Of a stretch of DNA of 64,000 nt, positions 25,635 through 37,580 are shown one piece after another. How positions within the stretch are numbered: the first letter of the stretch is position 1; every line of letters starts with the position of its first letter. The stretch is from Malacoraja senta (Eukaryota). Position numbers and translations under genes: made by a program. The stretch lies in contig CM075989.1 in assembly GCA_038087875.1 (NCBI GenBank), forward strand, positions 19,842,001 through 19,906,000, written 5' to 3'. The notes below the pieces were generated by a model. It was given only the letters and a program-made list of their open reading frames with translations. It had not been told where the DNA came from and did no database searches.

Positions 25635-25906
25635 TAACTACCGATAAGTCTCATTTGACAGGGGAGCACACAAATGATGATTTTCACTGTACCTGCCACT
25701 ATAACAAAACAATACCAAGATTTATTGTCATGTCAGGTGTTGTTGTTCAAACTAGAAGCCCTTTAGCAAAGGATTGTTTCGCAGATTTAGTTTAGTTTAT
25801 TGTCACGTGTAGCGAGGTACAGCGAAAAGCATTTTGTCGCGTGTTAACCAGTCAGCGGAAACTGTTGTTGATGCACAGCCAGAGTTTGGATTTACAGTTC
25901 AGAATT

Positions 25907-26216
25907 GGGGCAGCACGGTGACGCAGCGGTAAAGTTCTTGACTGACAGTGCTTACAGTGCCAGGCACCCAGGTTCGATCCCGACCACGGGTGCTGTCTGT
26001 TCAGAGTTTGTACGTTCTCCCCGTGACCGCGTGGGTTTTCCCCGAGATCTCCGGTTTCCTCCCACACTCTGAAGACGTACAGGTTTGTAGGTTAATTGGC
26101 TTGGTATAAATGCAAATTGTCCCTAGTGTGTGTAGGGTAACGTTAGTGCGCGGGGATCGCTGGTCGGCGCGGACTCGGTGGGCCGATGGGCCTGTTTGCG
26201 CGCTGTATCTCTAAAC
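25907..26216 (+). mobile_element. V-SINE, full length
   Basis: A and B boxes, V-domain and CR1-like tail. The paralogous empty site is near 24850. Confidence 0.88.
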
Positions 26217-26843
26217 TGCTGAACTTTGGAAGATTGCCACTTTGAATCAAGAGCAGGTCACAAATTGCTGTATCATGTTGTTGAGATTATTGATGATCGC
26301 TGGTAGTCAGTTTGTTCTTGGTCGCGTGGCTGCATTGGAGATGGATTCAGCAGCTTTGCATTCTGTCACTCCATGGGCTTTCCATAACCTATGATGCCGT
26401 CGACTTACCTAAATGTGTTAAGTGTGATTTGATTCCTACTGCCCACAGGCATGGTATTGCATTCCCAATTAAAACAACACAGCAAAGGAGAAACTCATTC
26501 ATCTACGAAGCCTTTGAGAAACCAGGTTTGAAGTCCCATTTTGGTCCACGCGTCACGTTTTTTGTTTAGGAAATTTGTTTCTTGTTTGGATGTGAGCTTT
26601 CTTTCCCTGAGCCTTATTTCCTGTTCGCATAAGTTACCGTCACAGTTTGGTGTCAACATTAACAGTAAGTGGAATAGGAAATATTGAAATACCGATTTCA
26701 TTCTATCAGTTGCCACACACTGTTTGTGAGTTTATAGCCGCACAGCGGTTCTGTGAAATTGCTTTTGGAAGTCTTTCTCCCAACTTGGTCGCCATCTTGA
26801 GCAAACCACAAAGTGCTGGAGGAACTCAGCAGGTCATGCACAT

Positions 26844-27131
26844 TGGCACAGCGGTAGAGTTGTTGCCTTGCAGCGCCGGAGACCCGGGTTCGATCCTGAC
26901 TACCTGTGCTGTCTGTATGGAATTTATACCTTCTCCCCGTGACCTGCATGGGTTTTCTCCGGGATCTCTGGTTTCCTCCCACACTCCAAAGACGTGCTTG
27001 CTTGTAGGTTAATTGGCTTCGGTAAAACTGTAAATTGTGTGTTGGATAGTGCTATTGTACGGGGAGATCGATGGTCAGCGCGGACTCGGTGGACCAGTGC
27101 CTGTTTCCGCGCTGTATCTCCAAAGTCTAAA
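26844..27131 (+). mobile_element. V-SINE
   Basis: B box ggttcgatcc, V-domain and tail. Confidence 0.82.
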
Positions 27132-28834
27132 ATCTATGATGGGTATGGAAAGGCAGCAGAACAGGAATCAGTCTGACAAAGGGTCCTGGCCCAAAACATC
27201 GTCTGTCCATCTCCTCCGCAGATGCTGCCCGACCTGTTGAGTTCTTCAACACTTTGTGTTGTGCTCAAGATTCCAACATCTGCAGTTCCTTGTAATTGTC
27301 TTGGTTGCCACCTTGCATGATAGGTTCAGTTGCTGCTGCTTTATGTATCCACGTGTAAAAGACTGCCAACAAGCCAGAGGAAAGGGTTGATGTAAAAAGC
27401 ATGGCAAGTGTTTCGAGACACGAGAACGTTCAGACGCTGGAATCTTGGAACAAAACACATGACAAAAAAAACGAAACAAAATTCTCCCTCCACAGATGCT
27501 GCCTGGCTTGCTGAGTTCCCCCGGTAGTTTGATTTTGCTCAAGATTCCAGCATCTGCAGTTTCTTGTGTCTCAAAAGACTTGACTTGCTTTATTTTTATG
27601 ATGCTGATTTACATCAAAGATAGACACAAAATGCTGGAGCAACCTCTGCGGAACAGGTACCATCTCGAAACCCAACCCATCGAGACCTGAAATGTCACCC
27701 ACTCCTTCTCTCCAGAGATGCTGCCTGTCCACACTTTATTTTTACTTATGCAAACCAATCGCTTCTGATTTTACACACAATCTATTCATGAGGGGAAAGT
27801 ACAAGCTTTTAAATGCATACAATTGCAAGACATGGTTAACTACAAAATGCTATATTAATCAACTGAAGTGTGGGTCATCAGAAATCTAAAATGAAAATCT
27901 TTCAACATAAGGAGAAAAGGGGCCATGGATCTGTTTAATATGCAAAAGTATTTGGCAATAGCTTCAGAATTATAGTTTGAGGTTAAAGAATCTTCCTTAG
28001 TTAAAGAAAACCTACTGTGGTTGCTAACGAGAGAATTTCTATCTCATTATTGACGTGTACAAGATCATGAGGGGGTTATGGGATAAAGTGAATGCTCATT
28101 GTCTTTTTTGTTCCTGAGGAGAGGATTCCAAAAGTATAGGCCACAGGCTTAGGGTGAGAGGGACCTCACTGGCAACTTGTTTCACTCTCAGGGCAGTCTG
28201 TATCTGGAATGAGCTGTCAGAAGCAGCTCTAGAAGTGAATATAATTACCACTTGGTCAGCATAGACAAGGTGGGCCAAAGGGCCTTTGACTCTATTACTA
28301 CTGACTGCGCTGTAGGTATGAACAGGAGAGTATGGGCTTCAGAATCAGGTAGCTAGTCACTCAAGCCTGAATTGTCATACAACGTAGAGACAGGCCCTTC
28401 AGCCCAACTTGCCCATGCCGTCCAAGCTGTTCCATCTACACTAGTCCCACTTGCCCACGTTTGGCACATATTCCTCTAAACCTTTTCTATTCATGTACCT
28501 GTCCAAAAGTCATTTAAATGGTGTTATAGATCCCTCTGCTCTACCACCTCCTGGCAGCTCGTTCCATACAACCACCATCCTGTGTGTGAAGAGGTTTCAT
28601 GGCTGATAAGTTCCTTGATTTCATCTGCAGTTTCACACCTGATTTTCCTAATGTGTGCCAACTTGGTCAGCATGGCCTAGGTGGGCCGAAGGGCCTGTTT
28701 CTGTGCTATACAGCTCTATGACTTTATCATGAGTTTCAATACCAACATGTATTTGACCAGTTGTAAGTACTGCTGGACATTTCACCTTATCTCTGACATT
28801 GGTTTTCTGTGAACAAATGATAACAATACATCTA

Positions 28835-29725
28835 TAAACGATGACATTAAAGTGGGTGGTATTGTAGATCGTGAAGATGATTGTCAGAGATTACAGCAGG
28901 ATCTTAATCGGTTGAGCAGGTGAGTTGAGGAATGGTTAATGGAATTTAATACAGAGAAATGTGCGGTTTTGCATTTTGGAAGTCTAACATGGACAGGACC
29001 TCCACCGTGAATGGTAGGGCTCTGGGAAATGTTGTAGAGCAGAGGGATCTAGGAGTGCAGGTGCATAGTTCCTTGAAAGTGACATCGCAGGTGGATAAGG
29101 TGGCCAAGAAGGTTTTTACGCACCTTGGCCTTCATCAGTCAGAGTATTGAGTGTAGACTTTGGGAGGTCATGTGAGGCCACATTTAGAGCATTGTGTTCA
29201 GTTTTGGTCACCGTGTGTTTGGTTTTGGTCACCAGAGATGTTGTCAAGTGTGAAAGGGTTCAGAGATGATTTACCAGGATGTTGCTGGGACTCGAGGGCC
29301 TGAGCTATAGGGAGAGGTTGAGCAGGATAGGGCTTTGTTCCTTGGAGCACAAGGAGGATGAGGGTTTATCTTATAGAGGTGTACAAAATCATGGGAGGAA
29401 TAGTTTGGGTAAACACACAGTCTTTTGCCAAGAGTTGGAGAATCAAGGAGAGGACATAGTTTAAGGTGAGAGGAGAAAGATTTCATGAGAACCTGAGGGG
29501 TAGCTTTTTCACACAGAGGGTGGTGGGTGTATGGAACAAGCTGCCGCCGGAGGTAGTTGAGGCTGGTACTATCACAATGTTTAAGAAATATTTAGGCAGG
29601 TACATGGATAGGCTTGGAGGGAATGGGCCAAACACAGGCAGATGACACTAGTGTGGATGGGGTATGTTGGTCGGTGTGGCCAAGATGGGTCGAAGGGCCT
29701 GTTTCCACACAGTATCACTCTATGA
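28835..29725 (+). mobile_element. Degraded CR1 LINE 3' portion
   Basis: VNGRALGNVVEQRDLGVQVHSSLKV and LEGLSYRERL, then the CR1 tail. Confidence 0.85.
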
Positions 29726-29764
29726 CACGGTGACTAAAACCTACCATGCAATCAGTGAGACTTA

Positions 29765-30094
29765 ACACCATGTCCCACGGTACGAGTTCATTCCAAGTGC
29801 TCTCCCGAGTTTTCAAAAAATCAAACTCGTGGTAAGCACGGAGAATGAACGTAGCGGGTACGTCGGAGCTCGGGGACGTCTCTTAGCTGCTCGTAACGCT
29901 GACGGCAGGTACTCGGGAAGACTCGCTAACGGCAGGTAAGCACGGGAAGACTCGTGAAGATTTTTCAACATGTTGAAAAATGTCCACGAGAGCCCCGAGT
30001 ACCGACGAGTGGCCATTACCGTAAATCTCCGAGTTCAAATCAGGGCAAACTCGGGAGGGCTTTTGGAATGAACTCGTACCATGGGACAGGGCTT
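29765..30094. mobile_element. Harbinger-like MITE (family A), inverted relative to 4908-5235
   Basis: Terminal inverted repeats ...tgtcccacggtacgagttcattcc, with a TTA/TTA target duplication. Confidence 0.82.
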
Positions 30095-30676
30095 TTAAAC
30101 ATCCTATATTTCACAATGTTGGTTATGCACTGAGAACCCCCTCCCCCACAGATCCATCCTCCTGAAGGTCGAGACTCCTTTCTTGCTGTGGACAAATATT
30201 GTTTTTGTCATGACCCAGATGTTTGGCTGACTCGTCGAATGAAAGTATTGTTTTGTGGGAGTTTCCTGTGTGCAGTTTGGCTCGTGTTTCCAGACATTAA
30301 GCAGAACCCTCCGAAGCATTTCGCCCGTGATGACGCGTTTTGCAATATCATGAGACGCTGAACGGCACCATACAAATGCAAATTATTTCTTTAAGCCTAT
30401 GAGACGCTTGACTAATTGATCTTAAATGAGTTAATGTGTTCACATGTCAAGGCACAGCCATCTTATTGTTTCTCTCCACAAAATCTACAGGATTATTTGG
30501 GTGGGTCTGTTATGGTTGCTGTATTACTGGAAATTATTACCTCATTTGAAACTCTGAACTTCCTGCCCAAATCAAGCAATTAACTTCTCCATTGAGAAGA
30601 TGGAAGGCATTTTAACCATGGGGCATTCGGACTCAGACATCTGATTGCAAGCAGTAAGCAGCATGATTAAATGCAA

Positions 30677-31017
30677 GGTACACAAGGTCTGACCGACATC
30701 CACTATAAACCTACTGTCTCCCATGGCTATCTGGACAACACTTCTTCCCACCCTGCTTCCTGTAAGGACTCCATCCCCTACTCCCAATTCCTCCGTCTAC
30801 GCCGCATCTGCTCCCAGGATGAGGCGTTCCACACCAGGGCATCCGAAATGTCCTCATTCTTCAGGGAACGGGGGTTCCCCTCCTCCACCATAGATGAGGC
30901 TCGCACCAGGGTCTCTTCCATACCCTGCAACACTGCTCTCTCTCCCCATCCCCCCACTCGCAACAAGGGCAGAGTCCCCTAGTCCTCACCTTTCACCCCA
31001 CCAGCCGTCACTCTGAC
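30677..31017 (+). mobile_element. Penelope-like element internal ORF fragment (RT thumb/linker region)
   Basis: TDIHYKPTVSHGYLD.TSSHP..CKDSIPYSQFLRLRRICS...FFRERGFP...RVPLVLTFHP (last part frameshifted). Flanked by a 13-bp direct repeat tgattaaatgcaa. Confidence 0.85.
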
Positions 31018-31082
31018 TGATTAAATGCAATGTTGCTGGTTGCATGTACATGCAGGTCATTTGCATTTATCTAACTTATCAA

Positions 31083-31377
31083 GGGGTGGCACGGTGGTGC
31101 AGCGGTAGAGTTGCTGCCTTGCATCGCTAGAGACCCGGGTTCGATCCTGACTACGGGTGCTGTCTGTACGCAGTTTGTACGCTCTTCCCGTGACCGCGTG
31201 GGTTTTCTCCGGGTGCTCCGGTTTACTCCCACATTCCAAAGACGTGTAGGGTTAATTGGCTTCTGTAAATTGTTCTTTGTGTGTAGGATAGAACTAGTGT
31301 ACAGGGGATCGCTGGTCGACGTGGACTCGGTGGGCCGAACAGCCTGTCTCCATGCAGTCTCACTAAACTGAACTAAA
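31083..31377 (+). mobile_element. V-SINE, full length
   Basis: A and B boxes, V-domain and tail. Confidence 0.85.
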
Positions 31378-32212
31378 TTAACCTCTTTTTATTCATAATA
31401 AAGGTGCTGCAGAATTTGACTACATGCCGATAAGAAGGACTTCAGGGTAGATGAGGTTAAAGAGACAGGAATTCTTATTTTTGAAAGAAAAGAAATAGTA
31501 GACAACAGATGCTGGAATCCTGAACAAAAAAACAAAGTGCTGGAGAAACTCGACAGGTCAGGTAGCATCTGTGGAGGGAAATTGATGGACAACATTTCAG
31601 GTCTGAAGAAGGGTCCCGACCCAAAATATTATTTGTCCATCCCTCCATAGATGGTGTCTGACCCGCTGAGTTCCTCCAGCACTTGGTTTCACATGCAAAC
31701 TCTCTGCTTCACTTTTGGCCGTCTCTTTCTCATGGATACACAATATATACTCAGAATATCGAGCAAATCAGCAAGCAAGAGAGATACAAGGAACTGCAGA
31801 TGCTGCAATCTGGAACAAAAAGCAATGTGGTGGAGGAACTCAGCGGGTCAGGCAGCATCTGTGGAGGGAAATGAACAGGGGTTGTTTCGGGCTTGGTTCC
31901 TTCTTCAGGGGGACCCTTGTTACGATCAGCTTTATCTTATTTCAAGAAGGGTCCCCTCCCGAATCGTCATCTATCCACGTTCTCTAGAGATGATGAGTTA
32001 CTCCAGCACATTGTGGTGTTTTTTTGTAAACCAGCATCTGCAGTTCCTCGCGTCTTCATGAATATTGTCATTTTGACTCTTTGAAATGTGGTCTTGAAGA
32101 GTCTGGGACTATGCAACTTGGCCAGCCCAGAGCCATTCTGCTAGCAATGAGCTGGCGATAGTGAAGATGAGGGAGTGGTGGCCTGGAAAAGGGAAGTCAT
32201 TGATGAGAATAA

Positions 32213-32428
32213 AGGGCCTGTCCCACTTGCTGATTTTTTTCGGCGACTGTCAGTGTCGCCAAAACATTTTGAACATTTCAAAATCCAGCGGCGACAAAAA
32301 AAATGTTGCGACACTTGAAAAATCACCGCGGGTCACTGCCGCATAACGCCGCAAATTTTTCAGTGACCTGATACATCAGTCAATGATGCCGACAGTCACC
32401 GAAAAAATTGCCGAGTGGGACAGGCCCT
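32213..32428. mobile_element. Harbinger-like MITE (family B)
   Basis: agggcctgtcccact...agtgggacaggccct with a TAA/TAA target duplication. Confidence 0.85.
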
Positions 32429-32721
32429 TAAGGGCGTGTGAGGTGTCTTGGACATAGGATGAGAGGGATTAGACCAGGGGGGATAGGATACAGATACCTA
32501 CGTGGAAATGAATTCAGTGGGACAGGATCAGGTAGTAGAAGAAGGGTTTCAACCTGAAACATCACCCATTGTTTCTCTCCAGAGATGCTGCCTGTCCCAC
32601 TGAGTTACTCCAGCATTTTGAGTTTATTTGCTAGTTATGAGCTTTGAGCTGCTTTAATCTTCTTCCACGACTCCACGGGGCATGTGGGAAAGACAGGAGA
32701 TGAAAGTCTATCGCTCTCTTC

Positions 32722-33033
32722 TTAGTTTTTAGTTTAGAGATGCAGCGCGGAAACAGACACTTCGGCCCATCGAGTCTGCACCGCCCAGCGATCCCCGCAC
32801 ACTAACACGACCCTACACACACTAGGGACAATTCACTTTTAGACCAAGCCAATTAACCTACAAACCTGTACGTCTTTGGAGTGTGGGAGGAAACCGCAGT
32901 TCTCGGTGAAAACCCACGCAGGTCACGGGGAGAACGTACAAACTCCGTACAGACAGCACCCGTAGTCAGGATCGAACCTGGGTCTCTGGCACTGTGAGGC
33001 AACGATTCTACCGCTGTGTCACCGTGCTGCCCC
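32722..33033 (-). mobile_element. V-SINE, full length
   Basis: Minus-strand A and B boxes, V-domain and tail. Confidence 0.88.
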
Positions 33034-33545
33034 TGATAAAGACTGGGATCACTCGTTCTGGAGAATGGGCCATTTGTTATCCCAGAAGCCCCGTGTAATA
33101 TTAGCAGCAGCTTCATCGGACTTAATAATTGTTCAGTAGCAATAAATTATTGACTTGCTGCCTCATTATTTATAGTGAAAAAAATTCACTTGCAAAGAAA
33201 ACATTAATCATTTTAATTATTAACTCCAGTTGAACATACATTTCTGTGTGGCTCGGTCTTCTAAGGCAGACTCTCCGTGAGTCAGTGTTGCATCTGAGAA
33301 CTCTTATACATGTTAAACACTTGAGACTTATTTGAAAACATGAATTTTAAATAGCGGCAGGTTTCCTCGGCGATTGGGAAATGACTCGGGCAGTGATCTA
33401 ATCTGCCATTTCCGTCTCTGTATTCTCAATAGAAACTTGCTGCTACTGAGTACTGTGGTCTGCTCTGTGCGAATGACATGGCACTTTCAAATGGACGAGC
33501 GAATAAGCATGACTCAAAACCATCCTTGCTAAGTTCCGCTAAAAT

Positions 33546-34013
33546 CTTTAGACTTTAGATATATGGCGCCATCGGCCCACCGAGTCCGCGCCGGCCAGTG
33601 ATCACCCTGTACACTAGCACTATCCTGCATACACTTGGGACAGTTTACACTTTTTTACCGAAGCCAATTAACCTACAATCCTGCACGTCTTTGGAGTGTG
33701 GGAGGAAACCAGAGCCCCCCAGAGAAAACCCACGCAGTCTCAGGGAGAACGTACAAACTGAGTCTGCACTGACTAGCGATCCCCGCAAACTAACAATACC
33801 CAACACACACACGGGACAATTTACTTTTAGGCCAAGCCAATTAACCTACAAACCTGTACGTCTTTGGAGTGCAGGAGGAAACCTGAGCGTCCAAGAAAAA
33901 ACTCACGTGGTCACAGGGAGCACGTACAGACTCCGTACAGACAGCACCCGTAGTCAGGATCGAACCCGGGTCTCTGGCACTGTAAGGCAGCAACTCTACC
34001 GCTGCGCCACCGT
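33546..34013 (-). mobile_element. V-SINE with internal duplication (two partial copies fused)
   Basis: V-domain and 3' region occur twice in tandem. Confidence 0.78.
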
Positions 34014-34494
34014 GACGTCCAATAGATCAGAGATTTTAAAAGCAAAGGGCTCGTGGAAAGAACGAGTTGAAAATGTTGGTGTTTAATCTTGTGAAATTGT
34101 TTTTTTGCGATACCTATTGTTTCAAGGGCAGGGTGCTGGCAAGATGCCTCAACAGCTGAGCACCAATCTGTCCAATGGATCGGGATATCATTGCCAAATA
34201 GCAGTAGTGTCAAACAACCAACTGTTTCCTAGCACATGAATTCTTGTTGTTACAAAAGAATAAATATACTTCCCACTGGGATTTATCAGTGCCCAGAAAA
34301 TTGCCAATGCAATTAAGGAGTTGTTACCGGATGGTGTTTTGAGCATTGGTGTGTGGGTGGATGCTGTTGTGCGTCCAATAACAACAATACTTTCTTACAT
34401 GTTATGCCCTGTCAAATGGACAATACAATGACTTTGTTTCAAGGTATACTTCCTGGCTGTGCAACTTGTAACACTTGCTTTTAAATTGAAATGT

Positions 34495-34855
34495 CATTGA
34501 AACTTACCGAATAATGAAAGGCCTGGATAGAGTGGATGTGGAGAGGATGTTTCAACTAGTGGGAGAATCTGGGAAGAAACGGGCATACCTTTAGAATGAA
34601 GGTGAGGAGGAATTTCTTTAGCTAGAGGGTGGTGAATCTGTGGAATTCATTGCCACAGACGGCAGTGGAGGCCGTCATTGGGTATTTTTAAAACAGAGAT
34701 TGATAGATTCTTGATTGGTACAGGTGTCAGGGGTTATGGGGCGAAGGCAGGAGAATTGGATTTAGAGGGAAAGATAGATCAGCCATGGTTGAATGGCGGA
34801 GTAAACTCAATGGGCCGAATGGCCTAATTCTCCTTCTATGTCTAGTGAACTTATG
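34495..34855 (+). mobile_element. CR1 LINE 3' fragment
   Basis: ggatagagtggatgtggagaggatgttt...gagggtggtgaatctgtggaattcattgcc, then the 3' UTR. Confidence 0.8.
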
Positions 34856-35462
34856 AAATTGCTAGGATATTTATTGTGTGTTAATATAAATGTGCGGTGG
34901 AGCTGCTGCCTCACAGCCCCGGGTTCGACACTGACCTCGGGTGCTGTCAGTGTTGTGCAGTGTTCAAGAGCCTGATGGTTGCTGGGAAGAAGGTATTCTT
35001 AAACCTGGTGGTCACAGTTTTCAGATCTCCTGTAGCAGTGAGATGAGAGCGTGGTATTTGCATATGCTGGTTTGCCATTCGTACTCGCTGTTCCCCTGAG
35101 GTTAGTATTTAAACCACATCACTGAGATGTGTACATAGAGCGCCTGGGCTGGTGCAGAGTATATACCGTAAGGTGAACTTGGGGTTTGACTTTGTTTTTA
35201 ACTGATTAAAAACATCAAACAATCTGCAAAAGTCTGGTTGGAAAAAATTGATATTTTCCCTCCTTTGTTAGCGAGACTTCTCGATCTTGCAACACGCTGC
35301 ACACAGAACGCCATGTGGGCTATTGAGCAATCCCAGTAGCTGGTTAGTCAACTGGGGAGACGTGGTAGCTGGTGGGAAATTTGTGTAAATTGTACAACTT
35401 GGTGCATGTATTGTTAATTTTCCCAAGCTCATTTTCACTGTCTTCTACAAAAGAATGGCAGA

Positions 35463-35915
35463 GAGTTTAGAGATACAACGCGGAAACAGGCCCTTCGGCC
35501 CACCGGGTCCGTACCGACCACACGACCCTACACACACGAGGGACAATTTAACATTTACACCAAACCAATTATCCTACAAACCTGAAAGTAGACAAAAATG
35601 CTGGAGAAGTCTGAAGAAGGGTTTAGGCCCAAAACATTGCCTATTTCCTTCGCTCCATAGATGCTGCCTCACCCGCTGAGTTTCTCCAGCATTTTTGTCT
35701 ACCTTCGATTTTCCCGCATCTGCAGTTCCTTCTTAAACATCCTACAAACCTGTACATCTTTGGAGTGTGGGAGGAAACCGACGATCTCGGAGAAAACCCA
35801 CGCTGGTCACGGGGAGAACGTACAAACTCCGTACAGACAGCACCCATAGTCAGGATCGAACCGGGTCTCTGGCGCCGTAAGGCAGCAACTCTACCGCTGC
35901 GCCACCGTGCACCCC
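35463..35915 (-). mobile_element. V-SINE interrupted by a Penelope-like module
   Basis: SINE halves flank the insert at 35585-35738. Confidence 0.82.
35585..35738 (+). mobile_element. Penelope-like module with a short 5' inverted segment
   Basis: 14-bp target duplication atcctacaaacctg (35571-35584 and 35739-35752). Confidence 0.85.
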
Positions 35916-36169
35916 GTGTTCTGTGTTATAATTAACAATCAACTTCAACGTCACATTTCGTAAGCATTGCCCCAGGCCTTGGAAACTTATTTTGTTTTAA
36001 CATCAGATGCCAAAAGTCGCACCATCTTTTACCCATCTGTGCTGAGGATATTCGGCACACCCTAACTTACAAGCTATGCACAAAGTATACAGCAATAACA
36101 TGTCCCTCTGATGCAAATTTGTAAGATATTAGAGTGGGACACAATTATGAAGGGGTAGAAATAAATTAG

Positions 36170-36740
36170 AAACATAGAAATATAGAAAATAGGTGCAGGC
36201 GTAGGCCATTCGGCCCATCGAGCCGGCACCACCATTCAATATGATCATGGCTGATCATCCAAAATCAGTACCCCGTTCCTGCCTTCTCCCCATAATCGAA
36301 GGTAGACACAAAATGCTGGAGTAACTCAGTGGGACAGGCAGCATCTCTGGAGAGAAAGAATGGGTGCCGTTTCGGGTCGAGACCCTTCTTCAGTCTGAAG
36401 AAGAGTCTCGACCCGAAACGTCACCCATTCCTTCTCTCCAGAGATGCTGCCTGTCCTGCTGAGTTACCCCAGCATTTTGTGTCTACCTTCGATTTAAACC
36501 AGCATCTGCAGATCTTTCCTACACATTCTCCCCATAATCCCCTGATTCCGTTAGCCCGAAGAGCTATAACTAACTCTCTTCTTAACCACATCCAGTGAAT
36601 TGGCCTCCACTGCCTTCTGTGGTGGAGAATTCCACAGATTCACAACCCTCTGGATGAAAACGTTTTTCCTCATCTCAGTCCTAAATGGCCTACCCCTTAT
36701 TCTAAACTGGACTCCCCAAACATCGGGAACATATTTCCTG
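36170..36740 (-). mobile_element. CR1 3' fragment interrupted by a Penelope fold-back module
   Basis: RIRGRPFRTEMRKNVFIQRVVNLWNS on the minus strand, with an (atagaaa) tail. Confidence 0.8.
36298..36525 (+). mobile_element. Penelope-like fold-back module (~96-bp arms)
   Basis: Near-perfect hairpin centred on cag-t-ctg (36391-36397), with a 14-bp target duplication ttctccccataatc (36284-36297 and 36526-36539). Confidence 0.88.
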
Positions 36741-37580
36741 TCATATAACATTAACATATAACATATAACTTTTCCTGCCATATAAAATTAAACCATATAA
36801 ATCACTGTCATAATTTGGAGTTTGTAAACACCACTATTACAAATGGAATAGTTAGAATAATAGAGTACACTGTTTAAACAAATATAAAGTAGGCTTCTAA
36901 CAGCAAAACTCTAGGGCATTTTAAGTTAAACCATTCCCTTGGGAGGGTCTAGTTACAAGTTAGCACCATTAGAATTACATGTTACTTGGGAGCTTTCATA
37001 ATGCTGATATTTTTTGGCTTTGTTTTAAGGCTGAAAGTAACAGGTTCTCAGATCAGATTCAGATTCAGATTCAACTTTATTGTCATTGTGCAGTGTACAG
37101 TACAGAGACAACGAAATGCAGTTAGCATCTCCCTAGAAGAGCGACATAAATATGAGCAGTAAATAAATAAATCTAATCTAATAAATCCTGGTGGGAGGAG
37201 TGTCCGGGGGGGGGGGGGGGGGGTGTGATTGGCAGTCACCGAGGTACAGTGTTGAGTAGTGTAACCGCCGCAGGGAAGAAGCTGTTCCTGGACCTGCTGG
37301 TTCTAAGATGTAAACTCCTGATGCACAAGTTGGCCGGTGATTTCAGTGGTGTCGTTTGTGAAGAATAACTCTGTTGTGTAAGAAGGAACTGCAGATGCTG
37401 GTTTACACCGAAGATAGACACAAAAAGCTGGAGTAACTCAGTGGGGTCAGGCAGCATCTCTGGAGAAAAGGAACGGGTGACGTTTTGGGTCGAGACTCTT
37501 TATCAATCTGAAGGGTCTCGACCTGAAACGCCACCTATTCCATCATTCTGTTGCATTGGGTGCGCTGTTCAACACAGTTA

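Noticed and set aside
25378..25637. TTAA-specific (piggyBac/Kolobok) interpretation of the MITE
   Set aside because: The paralogous empty site reads TTAC not TTAA, and other copies have taaa/ttta flanks, which fits a 3-bp TWA duplication.
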